Positions 24,867 through 39,359 of a DNA stretch of 64,000 nt are shown here, piece by piece. Where the stretch lies: the NCBI GenBank assembly GCA_977030845.1, contig OZ365110.1:24242001-24306000 (forward strand), in the 5' to 3' direction. Source of the DNA: Fimbriosthenelais zetlandica. Its lineage: Eukaryota. Numbering within the stretch: the first letter of the stretch is position 1; each line of letters opens with the position of its first letter. The translations under genes and the position numbers were made by a program. The notes beneath the pieces were generated by a model that saw nothing but the letters and a program-made list of their open reading frames with translations, had not been told where the DNA came from and did not search any database.

Positions 24867-27800
24867 AATCAGGAGACAGGGGCAAGTTACAGTGCATATT
24901 TAATCACCATACTACCATTGTTCTTTTGGGTGAAAATTGGACAATTTGCACAGCCAAGTTGAAGCCAATATGAAAAATACTAAAGTTCATGGCAGCCCAT
25001 TTCAGCTGCTCTTTTATGTTCAAGAAAAGGTTGCTATGAAATCACGGACCATGAATTCATATAATCTAGCATTAAGTTAATTTTAATTGGATTTTTACGA
25101 ATTATTTAATCTACAATCAATGAAAATCATGGGTTCCTGTTCAACGTACAACTAGGCTATTTATTTTTATGAATTATTTATATAAAAATACCGCACTTCC
25201 GGTAATAATTGGCCTTGCAAAATTTACATGCTAAAGCCTACTAAAGTCACAGTGGAAAAATTACATAATGTATAATACTTGATAAATGTATGTACTGCCC
25301 ATGCAGGGGGCTGTTTCATAATTTACAAAGATGTGATTTATTATGGAATGACCCAAGTCCACCACTGTCTCCAGCAGGAAGCAACAACTCAGTGAGGATG
25401 AAAATAAGAAGTTTAGAGAGGAGATAAATTTGCAATCTCGGATGTTGCTTGTCTTGTGCCCTATTCCAGCTTCTCGGAGATTGACCAGAATGAGTGGAGG
25501 AAATCTGTTAAGGTCTCACTGACCTTATCAACCTAGCTAACCGCCGTCCCCCGGGCCTCGTCAGACTTATTCTGTTGATGTAGAACTCTAACACTCTCAA
25601 TGTCTCAACTTTTAACGGCAAATCGGGGGAAAAATGGCAAGTCAATTTCCTGCCTGATCTGTCTGAGGACTGCTGACCATATCATGGAGGGTGGTCATTG
25701 GGAAGGGATGGCCAGGGAGTGGTCAATAGGACCAGACCAAATAGGGAGATGGTCAGTTTGTATGTCTGGCTCTGGAATGTGTGAAAAATAGGATGTAGAG
25801 GATAAGGGGTATAGATTTTCTTAAGGGCCTCTATAGACTACTGAAGGCAACCTCAAAGGAGAATATTAGGTGGGATGGATGGAGCCGAAGGGTATATTTT
25901 AGTTATAGGTAGAATTTTCACTAATAATATCTCACAATCTAAAAATTTATTTCTTTTGAACAGGGAGGAGAGGATATGCCTGGGCATATAACCACTTCCT
26001 TATACTGCTCTCACTCACCGAATTTACTATACACTATGACACATATTGTTCACTGTAGAACTAACTTACACTTGGTATTAAAAAGATAAATCCAATGGAT
26101 CCCTGAGGCCCGTTTCAAAAGGAATATTATTGCTAATTTAAATTTTCTATCGGCTATGTATAGGTGGCACTAGTATACGAAATTATAATATATAGCAGTC
26201 GAGACTAAATGGGCATATCTTTACTGTAATTTCGTCGCCTACCATCTTGAGCTTTGTTATACAACTGAAAGTTAGGGATTTTGATGCCTCCTGCTGAACA
26301 GAAGCTGTCAGCGAGAATAGATGTCATTTTGCTACATTCTGCAGCTCGGTGGATTGTGTTCAATGGTGCATTAGCTCCTATATAGAATAAAGCTTAGTGT
26401 TTATGGACGAGGTCCACTGGCCGGATTAGCTCTATAAGTGTGTGCCAAGAACATCTTCTCCCTGCTGATATCCTTTTGAAGATGGATCAGCCATAATACA
26501 CAAAATTGTATTAGCTATAGTCATGGCCGGAACACTGTAAATTGTGACAATCTCCAAGTGCTCCACCATTTTAACCATGCAAGACTTTACCTTTAGTCTA
26601 AGATTTCTCTGGTGCTATTTTATGTTTCATAAGTAGATATAATTATAGTGACGAACAGAACCATGGTTCATTTTATTAATGAACCTCCTACAGCTGTCCT
26701 ACCTGGGGAACACTGGTACGGGTAAAGCAAAAGTTAATGTACAGTTATAACAGTTGCCAAATTGTCCCATTACTATATTATGGATTGCAGGGTTTTCTTT
26801 TTAAAATAATATTTTTGTTCTCATAATCCTTCATACATTGTACTTATTAGTGCAACCTCAAGTCCCTGCAAAATGTAATTATGGCAACGACAGGGATGTC
26901 CATTTTGTAGACATAATATACTAGATTTATCCCTGCAGGTATAAACCTGGGTATATACTCCGCCCGAATGTCCATTGGGAAGCATTTATATGACAGGATA
27001 AACCAGGGTCTGGTGCCCGAGCCTGGGGGTGGCTAATTTCCGCAATGGACCCGGCCCACCCTGGGGAGCAATAGTTGACGGGTGAAAAGGTGATATGCAA
27101 AACTGTATAATATAATTTACCTTTAGTATTGTCAACGAGTTGCTCACTTGAGCTGGGGAGAGCAACTCTTGTTGACCGTGCCCCTCATAAACCGACATTT
27201 CAAGACATCTGAGTTATTTTCTGACCCCAACCAAAGAACACCCGAGAGGCAAAAAACCACTTATTAATTACCATTAAAAAGAGGGGTTGTCTTTCCCTTT
27301 TGAGCACCTACAAGGGAAAGCCATTAACGGTATTATCCTACTCATATCTTATGTGGTGATAATTAAGATATTGGTAATCCCTAAGAAATCCCAGGTCAAT
27401 ATTTATTTTCAATTGAGCAATATTGAACTGATTACAAAGTAAAATAAACCGTTTTTATTTATTTTTTATTACCATCAGAAACCCCACTAATGCCTTAGTG
27501 ATCCCAGCGGTTTGACGAATGTAATCACACTCGTGCCAGTTTTATGGGGGAGAATATTTCGTGTTGACACACTGTGGGGGAGAATATTTCTTGTTGATTC
27601 TCTTTGGAGGGATTCCTTTGGCAAACAATATTGTTGTGGGAAGGGCCGTGATAAGGCATAGCTAATATGGCTTTAGGAAGCCGGGGGCAATATTATGTCT
27701 AGGAATTCATGTTTTGGGTTAATCTCTAGATTTAGACATCATTGTCACGTACCTTGGCCATAATCTGTAGTCTTTTTACTTGCACATAAACTATTGCTGC

Positions 27801-30800
27801 ACGAAGATGGGTCGATGTAGCTTTTTGTCTTTAATTCTTGCACCATGCCTGTATGAAGAGGGAAAAGTTAGTATTAATGTTCAATCTGATATGAATATCA
27901 TCTTATTTTTTTTTATCTTTTCACCAACAGTCGGTGGATTTATTACTAAATTAACAAAGATAAAGAGTGGGAGAAGGAATGCGGCAACAAACAAAAGAGG
28001 GCCTGCATCCTCCCTACATCGAGATGACAGTAATCTAAAGAACTAGTGACAATAAGTAATTAGTAAGTTGCGGAGTGTTAGTATGCTGTACATCTGTTGG
28101 TTGGTTTTTTTTTGTTTTTTTTTGGTTTTCTTTTTAAACAAAAAATTGAAAGAATGCTACAGATCTACTCTTATGGTATGGCAAAGATTACACATAGAAG
28201 TTGGATTACTACAGCAAGGATAGGGGTTACATTGTATTCAAGGTGAATTTTACAAAACTCTAGGTTCCATAATACAAGTGGATTATTTATAGCCCTGTTG
28301 TAATTTTATCTCCAGCAGTTGAATATCATCTTATAATTCAAATTATTACACTTAAGCTGGCAAAACCTGGCCTACAATTTAGTGTTGGTATTTCCCCAAA
28401 CATTTAAAAGAATTCCCTTAGATGAACACTTCCTGCAGGTGACAAATCGACTACTTAATAACAACCTTCAGTTTTTCCATTAGTTCCTCTGAAATTTTCA
28501 TGCCTCTTTCGGATGAGGGAAGAGTCGTTATCTTTGAGACGACCCCCTTGACATTGAGAGAAAGATGGCTTATCGCCTGTTATCTGTGCCTTGAGTGGTC
28601 CAGACGGGGAAGGATAACACCACCCTGAGGAACAATCCAATCCTTCTTGAGCAGATACCAAAAATGGCTGCTCCCCTGGCCAAAATCAACCCTCATCCGC
28701 TATGCTGGCTTATCATTCAATGGTGGACACCACTATAGTGGATCTGTGGACCTCTTGAGGTGGGGCGGGATGGGGGAGGGATTGGGGGTAGGGTATGGCG
28801 TGGAGTGGGTTTCAGGGGGCATACACATGCAGAAACCAACACAGGCACAATTCGCAAACATTTATTCTCTCAAATTAATTTATTTAAATTATTCTGAGAG
28901 ATATATCAAGGTATGGTTGAGTATAACGACCACTGTCCTTCCTGTGATCTCATTTTGATTTTGTCGCGAAAACACAATAGATGTTATAAATATGAACATT
29001 TTTGGGCTGAAAATGCAGCCCTAATTCATCAGTACAATTTTCTTTCCCCTTTGGGGCAGCACGACAATTATTGATAATTTTCTCCGTCCAAGATAAGGGG
29101 AGATAAGAATGAAATGGAAAAGAAATAAAATTAATTTAAATTGGTAACCATTTCCAATAACTTTAAAATACTGTAGCAATTATACTTGAGAAGTATTTTC
29201 ATGTATATCAATAATTAACAAAAATAAGAATTGAATCCCCATATTGGCTAGAGTCGAGGGCTATTTTTTGTAACATAATATAGGTGAATCTTTCACTCAT
29301 TAATCATTTCCCATTATTTAAATTATAACCAACTACTTTGAGTACTGGAGCAAAGGTTACATGTCTACAACACTCTAGATAGCCTTGTGAGTGTGGGAAA
29401 TGTCCATTTTATATGTGTTCATATATCTATCATAAAATGATGGATAAAGGAAGTGACAGGACTACTGGAGGAGCTGCTCACCCCAAGATGAGCATGATGG
29501 AGCAATTATTGTAGCTAGAATGATCTGCTATTGAGCGCTTGTCATAAGTCGTGAAGAGGATACGGGCTGTCTAAAGGTTAGAACTGAAGAACATCCAGAT
29601 GAATAGGGGAGGGAACTCAATATTTTCAAGAGTGTTTCAGAACTACCGTATTACCCCTTATACTACTTGACGGCCCTGGTAATTTGCCACAGTAAAGTGA
29701 CTACAGTGCAAGTTTGATACCAATTCACTTTTCAATTAAATATACAATTAAATTTTCAATAGTGATTTTTGATTTTTCACTCCATCGCCAATAAGGTCCT
29801 GAATCAATTCTGAATTAAAATATATATTATTTGGGTAATTAAATTGTGATTTAAATATCTATAAAGTTATCTATAAAGAAAATACATAATAATATCAGGC
29901 TCTCTAGCCAAGCGTGCATTTCGAGCAAATTAAAATAGTCCAATAAATTAATGAAAATAATTCGGAGTGAAAAATATGTTAACTAGTGAGTGGCCTCCTT
30001 GCAATTCAGCTATCAGCTTCACCCTTCCGGACTTATCTATCTTCCTCTAGTCTACACTGATGGATCTTTGCCTCACTGTTTAGGTCAGCAATTATACATC
30101 AAGCCACCTGCATTACTACTGCTCATTCATCATTCACATATCCTCCTGAGGAAGCTTAGCCCCTGTACGTAGACCTTCTAATATATCTACAACTCTCTCT
30201 CTCTGAATACATGTACACAAGTTTATCTGTACACGTTTATATCATTTGAGTAGTCTCTGCCAGAGTCTCTGGTAATAAACTTTGGTCAGTTGGTATTATT
30301 GACATAGAAATAATAGAAATTGTGTAAACATATTCATCATTGAGGGTCATAATTCTACACCCATATCACTATTGCATAATGCTGTATGTATGAAAAATAT
30401 CCATACCTATACGTCAATTTACAATATCTAGTGAAAATATAATAAATGTATTTTGTAACTTCCAAGTGCGGATATTTACATTTTTGATTTATTAATGTAG
30501 ACCATGACAGTTGGTTTGAACTAAAAAAATAATATGGTAGAATACTATTGGCATCGAAAATGTTGAATTGTCATTGTTACTAATTCCTCCATACTTCAGG
30601 ATAACCCCCCACATCCATTTTCCCCAACCAAATCATAATATTTTCCAGCCTGCAGCATCCACCCCAAAATGCAAAATGGATGGACGTGCTTCCCATGATA
30701 AATTTCTGACATGCAGATTACAGGGCCCTCCGATTGAAAGGGCCATGACCTAGATTCCAACCCCTGACCTCGCTGCCGTCAGCCAATCAGCGGTAGGTAT

Positions 30801-33800
30801 AATAGGTCATTTAGGAGAGGGGCCATTTTCCCCGTCAAGTGACCTGTTGGACTGATTGGGAATTCAACCTATTCACCAGAGAATTAGCAGAATCAGGGCT
30901 TATTGCTACAGGGGAGTACCATTAGGTAGACATAGAATGGCACCTTTAATTCCTGGTATTTGACCATTGAGGGCCCTTCTATTAGGTTACAGAGGCGGAC
31001 CAATGTATCTCTATTTTCCACGTGTCCTCTTATTCAAACATTAACAGAGGCTTTCTCTTTTGGTTTTAAAGACCTGGAATGCATGACTTGTTGGATGATT
31101 TTAAAACAGCTGCATTTCTCATTTAGGAATTTTCCATACATGCTGTAAAGCTGCTTCCATAAAACCATGAGATGCTTTAAAATACTTTATTCACCAAAAG
31201 AAATTTAAAATAATAATGCAACCAGTAGACAGTTGTAACGTTTCTGAACTGCCAGACACTCTGAGTTGATCAATTCATTTGTACATCAGTCAGGCTTGAT
31301 GATCTCCCATTCGGGAGCGAGGGTTGCCAATCAGCTGTGTAGCAATGAAGTGAGCGATAGGTCTGGACACTTTCTGGCCAGACAAGCTATAGGATTGATC
31401 CCTGGCATGGACCATAGAACATTATCAGTACACAGATAACAGATATCTCATGGTTCACCTTTCATGTGATGTGTACAGGAAGAGACTGGATCTTAAAAGG
31501 AGCTGGCCGAGACAGAGGTCAACCTGATCCCATTATTGTAGACTTGTTAACTCCAGTAACCTTACATTATCAAATTTCAGAGATATTATTTCAGATCTGC
31601 AATCAGCTACTGGTTAAAAAAAATGAATATAGGAAGGTATCTCATCGTCTATTGATAGTAGAGTTCATAAAATCTTATTTTATTGCATGCAACACTTCTA
31701 GTAAATCATATCAATTCAATCCCTTGCTGCAAAATCCTAGGCATAAACTTTGTTAAACAACAGGGGAATGCTTCCCAAGCCATCTATCTTAGATACCCAT
31801 TAGGGAGTTTAATTATTCTGATCCACTGTGATTATTTATTGTAATCATGTATCACGAATAAGATAGTAAAGAAATGAACGTAAATAAGACAAAATATATA
31901 CAAATGAGAGACGTTTGCAAGTCTGATTTCCCTGATATCTCCCCCAGGTTTCTCGACCTTCTTCCCACTAGGGAGCCTTCCCCACTGTCCCTGGAGATTT
32001 TCCCTCCATACCATTTATCTATCCCCGTAATGGAACTTTATCTGTTGCCATGGAAATTTGCTTCCTGCATCCTTGATCAGTCCCTATAATGGTTATTTGT
32101 AAGCATCAGGGCATCAAGCAAATGTCTACAAGACATATTAGATCAGGTTTCCCTGATCTTTGGCATTCTTTTCATTTCTTTCCACGGTTCTTCCCACTGC
32201 ATTGCTGAAACTGAATGGGATCGGTGGAGGGGTCATCAGAACAACCCCCCACCCTTCCCCCCACTCCCATGTCGGAGATGATATTTTGCCGCTCAAATAG
32301 TACATTTCTGGGGTCACAATGCTTACCCCGCTGAACCCCTTCCTTCCAAATTTCTAGCTCCCCTACGGAGTCTCTCATTCATTTTAAATTCTCTTTAACT
32401 TCTCGAGCTTCTTGTCAACTTCTCACTCTCTCTCCCACCCTGTCTTGAATCGCGCTCTCTGTATTTCTTTCCCACCCTCCCAGTTTTCATTCCCTTTTCT
32501 CCCAGTCTTTGTCTCTCTCGATTCTAATCAAGACATGATCAAGTTGCTGTGTTATAAGAAAGCCCCTCTCTTCTCATGATGATTCAGCCGTTTGGATCAT
32601 CTTCTAATCCATTTCAATGTCCTAATCTCACTCCAGGCGTTACCATGGCGATTGATCAGGTGACACGTCTCTACATAAACATTGTTTGACTAGGCCTCCA
32701 TGGCCCGGAATTGGCCCTCTCTAGGGTCCCCAGTTTGCAAACAAAATACCTCCAATGTTTATGAAAAGAGAGTTTCTCATTTTTGGGTTGGAGCGTCTTC
32801 CCTCAAGGAGAGTAGATATTGATTATTTTAATTGCAGCTTGAATCATCCCAGTTGCATTAACACCAAATCTAATAGTATTTCGCGAAAAATAACTTCTTT
32901 TGCGGAATGAAAAATGGTCGAATGGATTAGATATGAAATTGCCACCAAAGGGTTTACTGAGTGCTTTGAAATTGAATTTTAAATTAATGTTTGGCGTTAT
33001 GATATATTATTTTAAATACTTTCACTTGGCATTAAAACGTTCATCATTTAGCAGACTTGTAGAAAAATACATCTAGGCTACATAATAACCTTCAATGCAT
33101 GCATGTACTACCAATACTTAGATTTTAGTATTTTCCCTCATTTTAGAAATTCAAGGAAATTTATATGTATATTACCTGTAATTGAGAAAGGGGATAAAAA
33201 GAGACGTCTACATAATGAATATGTTTCCCTTTACAATGGAAAATTAAATGAAGGCCTTCAATTTAGCACAGGATGGTCATTTTACTTCATACAGTCGAGG
33301 CATGCTCCTATGATAATAATTTGTTTCAAATGTCATAGGATTTCCATTTCATTCAGTGAAAATTGCACTTGTGCCAAACAAAAATATTTTGGCTGAGGTC
33401 CGTGTGGCTGACAATGGTCTTTCACAATAAGATGAGATGACTTCTTGAGCAAATCAACTCATCTTCGACTGAAATCTCACCCACTCATGATTAAAAGTAT
33501 CCCTATACCATTTAATCATTTAGGATCTGAGATGTCGTCTCATCAGGACTACTGAGTATAATACTGGAACCTGTTTCAAAACGAATATTAGCCATAAACT
33601 GGGACTGAATCTCAACATCTGCATGCACATTTGATCCATTTACTGAAATATTATATAGGGACTAGTATGCAATAGCCCGGGTTTTGTCTCCAGCAGACTG
33701 GGTCCTATCCCCTGCTAATATATAAGGGGTAGTCCCCTGCAGAATGGGTCCTGTCAGCAGCATTGTGGAATTTGGATCCCTACCACTGAATGATTCATTG

Positions 33801-34555
33801 GGCCAGGTCCCCTGTTTCCAAACCATTTGCAAAAATTGGATGAGGATGACCAGGCCTTAACCCTGAAGACAGGTGTATTTAGGAGGACTGATCAGGGTTT
33901 ACAGGGTGTTACTCCAGCCCATTTTTAACAGGACCTTGTCTTTAGTCCGGTTAGGGACTGACGGATGACCATTGTCCATAGCTTAGGCCTCTCGCTTCAC
34001 ACTAATCCAAGAGTCAATCATGGTCAAGAGAGGTAAGGGCCACACATTCACTGTAAGTGGAATGATCAAGAGTTACAGTATTAAATATTGTTGAGCTAAG
34101 TGCATCATTCGAAAATTGAATTACGTTTTATGTATGTTATTTGCAACACACATGGGGTACATATTAGTACCAGGATTGAACCCTGTACTGGGGAAGAGCC
34201 AGGATAACACGTTCATTTTCATATACTACTTGCCAGTTACCTAAGGTGAATGCTTCATACTGTATACTGTACCAGGACCGGATCAAGACCGATGCTACCG
34301 CGGCCATGTCATCGATCAGACTGATAAAAGCAACGATACATATCGAAAAGCATCGGTCAAGTTTTCAGGTATCTTCTAATCCGCAAATCTCCCAAACACA
34401 TAAATATGTTTGAACATCAAAGGAGGCGTGACACGCGTCTAGCCTTGAGTTGGGGTGCGTAAAAAAGCCACTAATTTCTGTCAGCAAAAATAAAGTCTAT
34501 AAATCTACCCTCCCTTAATCCTGCGAAGAACAGAGCTGGAGAATGACGTGCAGCT

Positions 34556-34629
34556 GGCCGGTTACCTCAGTTGGTTAGAGCGTCGTGCTAATAACGCGAA
34601 TGTCGTGGGTTCGACCACCACACTGGCCA
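34556..34629 (+). tRNA. trnI-AAT: tRNA-Ile(AAU) copy 1, variant (G10C and C61A), possible pseudogene
   Basis: 74-nt cloverleaf with anticodon AAT. The D-stem reads CCTC/GAGC and the T-arm GTGGG-TTCGACC-ACCAC breaks the G53:C61 pair. Confidence 0.9.
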
Positions 34630-34726
34630 TGGTTTTTTACTCCAGGGGAATCGGTTTTGGACTTTAGTTACAAATCTATCCTCCCTTAATCCTGCAAAGA
34701 ACAGAGCGGGAGTGGGACGTTCAACT

Positions 34727-34800
34727 GGCCGGTTAGCTCAGTTGGTTAGAGCGTCGTGCTAATAACGCGAATGTCGTGGGTTCGACCACCACACTGGCCA
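34727..34800 (+). tRNA. trnI-AAT: tRNA-Ile(AAU) copy 2, variant (C61A)
   Basis: GGCCGGTTAGCTCAGTTGGTTAGAGCGTCGTGCTAATAACGCGAATGTCGTGGGTTCGACCACCACACTGGCCA, followed by a T6 terminator. Confidence 0.93.
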
Positions 34801-34897
34801 TGGTTTTTTACTCCAGGGGAATCGGTTTTGGACTTTAGTTACAAATCTATCCTCCCTTAATCCTGCAAAGAACAGAGCGGGAGTGGGACGTTCAACT

Positions 34898-34971
34898 GGC
34901 CGGTTAGCTCAGTTGGTTAGAGCGTCGTGCTAATAACGCGAATGTCGTGGGTTCGATCCCCACACTGGCCA
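34898..34971 (+). tRNA. trnI-AAT: tRNA-Ile(AAU) copy 3, intact
   Basis: Full cloverleaf, B-box GGTTCGATCCC, T5 terminator immediately downstream. Confidence 0.97.
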
Positions 34972-35070
34972 CATTTTTACACCACAATGAAAATAAATTT
35001 TGGACTTTAGTTTATAAATCTTGGCACCCTTAATCCTGGAAACAACAGAGCTGGAGTTGGACGTGCGGCT

Positions 35071-35144
35071 GGCCGGTTAGCTCAGTTGGTTAGAGCGTCG
35101 TGCTAATAACGCGAATGTCGTGGGTTCGACCCCCACACTGGCCA
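35071..35144 (+). tRNA. trnI-AAT: tRNA-Ile(AAU) copy 4, intact
   Basis: Full cloverleaf, B-box GGTTCGACCCC, T6 terminator. Confidence 0.97.
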
Positions 35145-35241
35145 TGGTTTTTTACTCCAGGGGAATCAGTTTTGGACTTTAGTTACAAATCTATCCTCCC
35201 TTAATCCTGCAAAGAACAGAGCGGGAGTGGGACGTTCAGCT

Positions 35242-35315
35242 GGCCGGTTAGCTCAGTTGGTTAGAGCGTCGTGCTAATAACGCGAATGTCGTGGGTTCGA
35301 CCCCCACACTGGCCA
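35242..35315 (+). tRNA. trnI-AAT: tRNA-Ile(AAU) copy 5, intact
   Basis: Full cloverleaf, B-box GGTTCGACCCC, T6 terminator after aaa. Confidence 0.97.
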
Positions 35316-37664
35316 AAATTTTTTGGGTCAAACTAGGGCCTACCCTAGACTCTACCTATTATGTCTCTACCATTAACAAGATTGACACATACATAATCAG
35401 AGGAGTCCAGTACTTAGGGATTAGGGAGACTTTCACAGTAGATGGAATAATAAATTCACTAGACAACGCATCAGCAATGAGGCAATATTGCAATACATTT
35501 GTCCAGTGACAAGTTCCTAGGAACCTATGAATTATTTCAGAGTTAAAAGACATTATGGAAATAAGTTGTTTCCCAGAATAACTAGCAATGTAAATTATCA
35601 AGGGCAATTGAATGAAAATCAGAAGAAATTAAAATATCTGGCTTGCATGCGCCACCCTACATGAATTGCGGTCCATATCAATGCTTTAACAGGCATTGAG
35701 TACTAACACGTCAATAGACTGTTCACAAAAAGATTATATCTGTGAAAAAAACACAAACACACCACACCAGGGCACCACTAACGGCACCAGCAGCGGGCTA
35801 TTTCAGAAGGAAGATGTGCGACATTAACCCATAGATTCACCATTGGATGATGAAGGGCAATCTGCTTATGGAACAGCCCCCTCGAATGGTCTGATTGTTT
35901 GGAAACGGACAGGTGTAGAAGCGCAGACAGATATCATTGATATGCTTTGTGTTGGACTTGCCCTACTACTCCCACCCACCAATAACGATTTAGAGAGCCG
36001 AAATATATTTAGAAACACCTTTTAGACAAATTAGAGGAAGAATACCAAGGACTGAAATGCACTGATCAATTAAAAGGATCAAGAAGTAAAAAGGGTAGGC
36101 CTAATTCTGTCCATCTGTGGTAGGGGGACATACAGGGATACACAGAAGGGCTGGAGTCAGACTGGCGCCAGTATTGGGAGATGGACCATCTGCCCTCCCA
36201 TGTCACCCCTTGTGGTCTTCCCTTACCCCTTTATGCTCTAACAAATAGGTGCAGATACCACTATTACAATCCACCTCTCACCCCCTGTAATATCCTCAAA
36301 GTGTGGAAGAGGCCCTGGGGGAAGCTTATGTTTGAAGTATGGTATTTGATACCATTCAGTTGACACATGCATGTTTTGATGTCCTTAAAGTTCAATTTAC
36401 ATCAGCTAGCCCTCCATTTCCTGGCTGTTATACTAAAATAGTGTCTACAAGCATTTATTTTTATCATTTACCATTTTACTATTCTAGAAATGGTCCTCGA
36501 ATGGATTAAACGAATCTAAGGTATTGGAAGTAGTCTTGCACAGAACCCCTGAAATCACCAAAAACAAATTTGGCACGAGAACACGACAAAAAACTTTCCC
36601 AAATCATAATGAGATTGAAAAATTCTTAAAATGTTTATCGGAGTAGATAATGTTGAATGCATTTAATTAAATATTAATGAGTTTATATCCTATTTCATGA
36701 TGTAATCCATGATAATTATGTCACAGGTACTACCAGTACGAGTGGCAATTGGCGTTTAGCAGTAAAATAGCCGTGAGGTGAATAGAAAATGAATTTCATT
36801 GAATTAACCATGCTTGACGTCTCTGTAGGCAAACAGCTGGCTCCATAAAACAAAAATATTCACCATTAAACGCCTATTAATGATACTTTGCATAGATGAT
36901 TACTTTTGATAATATTATATTGTCCCTCGGTGAGTGGGAGAATGGCCCTTCTAACATCCATTCTACCCTCTGCTTTTTCCAATGATGACAGTTTATGGAA
37001 TTTCTCCGTTACACATAATGGCCCAATGAATACATAACCTACGGGTGGAAAGATTTTATCTCAACTCTCGACTGCTGGCACTACATTATAAATCTAATTT
37101 TTATTCATCTTTCCTTATCTTTCCATCGGAATAACACGTGGCATGGGCTTTCTAATTACTACACAGTAATTATATATCATAATTATCTCACAAGACCCGT
37201 TTAGAGTTGGGTAAATTTGTTTTTTACTCCCCTTTTAAATTTAGGCTACCAATCACTAAGGTGAAGGGGAGGAGTAAAAAAAATACTAGGGTTTACACGT
37301 GTGTTTGGTAATGACCAAACTTAATTGTTCTTTGTGGTCTCACGGTTTTTCAATCACAACAGCATGGGTGTAAATAAATGGAAACAGTTTTTAAGTATAT
37401 TATTAAATCTCCACCCAAAATAAAGCCTTTACGGCTGGCAATAGCAATTTCCCTTTGTATTGGTTACACAGCCATTTCCATCTAATTTATCACCGAGTTA
37501 TATTTACTCAGCTATTAATTTAAAGATATAAATGATGGGAGGGGTATATAAATATAGGGTTTAATGTTTCACAATAGAGATAGAGTATCACTGGCAGTGA
37601 TTAAGCAGCCCCTGTTGTGAGGACCCCACCTACACAATGCTAGAAACCTCTAATTATCACTCAC

Positions 37665-37746
37665 CCGTCAGACAGGGATTGCAGCTCATTGGGGTCCATC
37701 TCTAACTGATGCTGATACGGTGGACAGGAACGACCAACACCTGCTT
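37665..37746 (-). CDS. Candidate exon of an unidentified - strand gene (AGVGRSCPPYQHQLEMDPNELQSLSDG)
   Basis: Strong acceptor tctttatttattgcag and donor CGG|gtgagt bound 82 nt with one open frame (phase 1 to 2). Confidence 0.4.
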
Positions 37747-39359
37747 CTGCAATAAATAAAGACTGACATCAACGGGTGTAAGATTTAAATGGTATAGCAC
37801 GCGCCCCATATGTATACAAAGGACTAGAGACCGTTGTTTAATAATACGGTGTCTATATCTGGTTGAATTATGCGTTTCAGAGGCCAAAATAACCTATTAG
37901 AGTTTATCATGTACATTGTAGTGTAAATTATGTAGTGTAAATTATAAAAAAAAAACCCACTCAAATACACGCTTAATCGGTATTAATTCTATATTTTAAG
38001 CCCTAATAAAACATAGTATAGGGTACGATCTGCATCTATAGAATGATCTATATCATGCAATTTGAGTTTTAAGAAATGACCTAGATTTATGATTTTTCAA
38101 CATGGAATACTTGTACCTGTGTGCAATTTGTGCAATAGATTTCCTGTACTTCATTTCTTTGTTCACACCTGAATTATTGACCTTGTGTGTGTACCCTGAA
38201 CATGACGACTATTTTATAATGGATGCTCACATGACAGTCATGTGACTTGTAATGAAAGTTTGATGTGATGAGTTTGGGTGAGAGGTCATAGAGCAAACAA
38301 ATATACGAGGCAAATATTTGTATAGCATTTGATCTCAAGGATCGTAAAATGGTAGAAAAACGGTTTAAAAGTAGGTTACGTGAATATCTGTAAGCCACTT
38401 GTGGGTATCATTAAAATGTGTTCGTTGACTAGGTGACAGTAGAAATATATATGGAAATATAAATTTATTTTGGAATGAATCGAGAGAAAGGAATGAGGTA
38501 TAAAAAAGGGAGGTACTAGAGACGAGAATACATAGAAGAAGGAACGAGAAAGGCTGTAATAAGGGGTATTAACAGATATTTTAATTGAAGGAATTGCACG
38601 ACGCATCATGCATATATATAAGGTTTTAATTTATTTTCCTGGCAAAGACTATGATTCCCATAATTCAAGACCGGATAGTGTAGGGCCTATAATATTACTC
38701 ACAAGTCATAATGGTAATAATCGGGATCGGTATTTCCCCGCTATAGTTTTTATAATATCAAAGTTGAGAAATGACCATAATATATAGGAATATATAGGGC
38801 TCTTTATCTAAGTTTCTCCCCTCTGTGAACCACTATAAAGTTGCTGGTAGTGGCGATGGGTTGAGGCTTTGTGATATTTGAGCGTTTGGCTATTGGTGAA
38901 GGCTTTGAAATATGAATCATCCACCGACAAATTATGGGAATATGGGTAAGATGAATGATATGATAGTTGTTTATATATGTATGTAGCTCCATGCCCCTCG
39001 GGCTCTCCCTACGGTTCAAATTGATGGGTGGAGAGTTACTCTAATACGTCGTGATGGAAGTGGTTTGGGATTATCTACTGGATAAGGACACATTTTTGAG
39101 AGCATTTATGTAAACTCTGGAAGGAATTTCATGATGAAACTGACTTCAATTACAGAAAGAATATGGACATTTAAATGTGACTTGGAAGGAGTATAAATAC
39201 CGTTATGATGTATATTGAAGGGGGCCAAAATTAGCCTAATTTCACCAACTGGAAAACAAATTAGAAATAAAAAAAACGACAAAAAACAAGACTGTGTCCC
39301 CACTGACAGCCCCATGATTGACCCCCGTGTCGTGTGTGTGTACTGGTGCACAACTCCCA

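Noticed and set aside
34556-35315. Regularly spaced direct repeats resembling a CRISPR array
   Set aside because: The repeats are 74-nt tRNA genes, the spacers are near-identical to each other, and there are no cas genes in this eukaryotic context.
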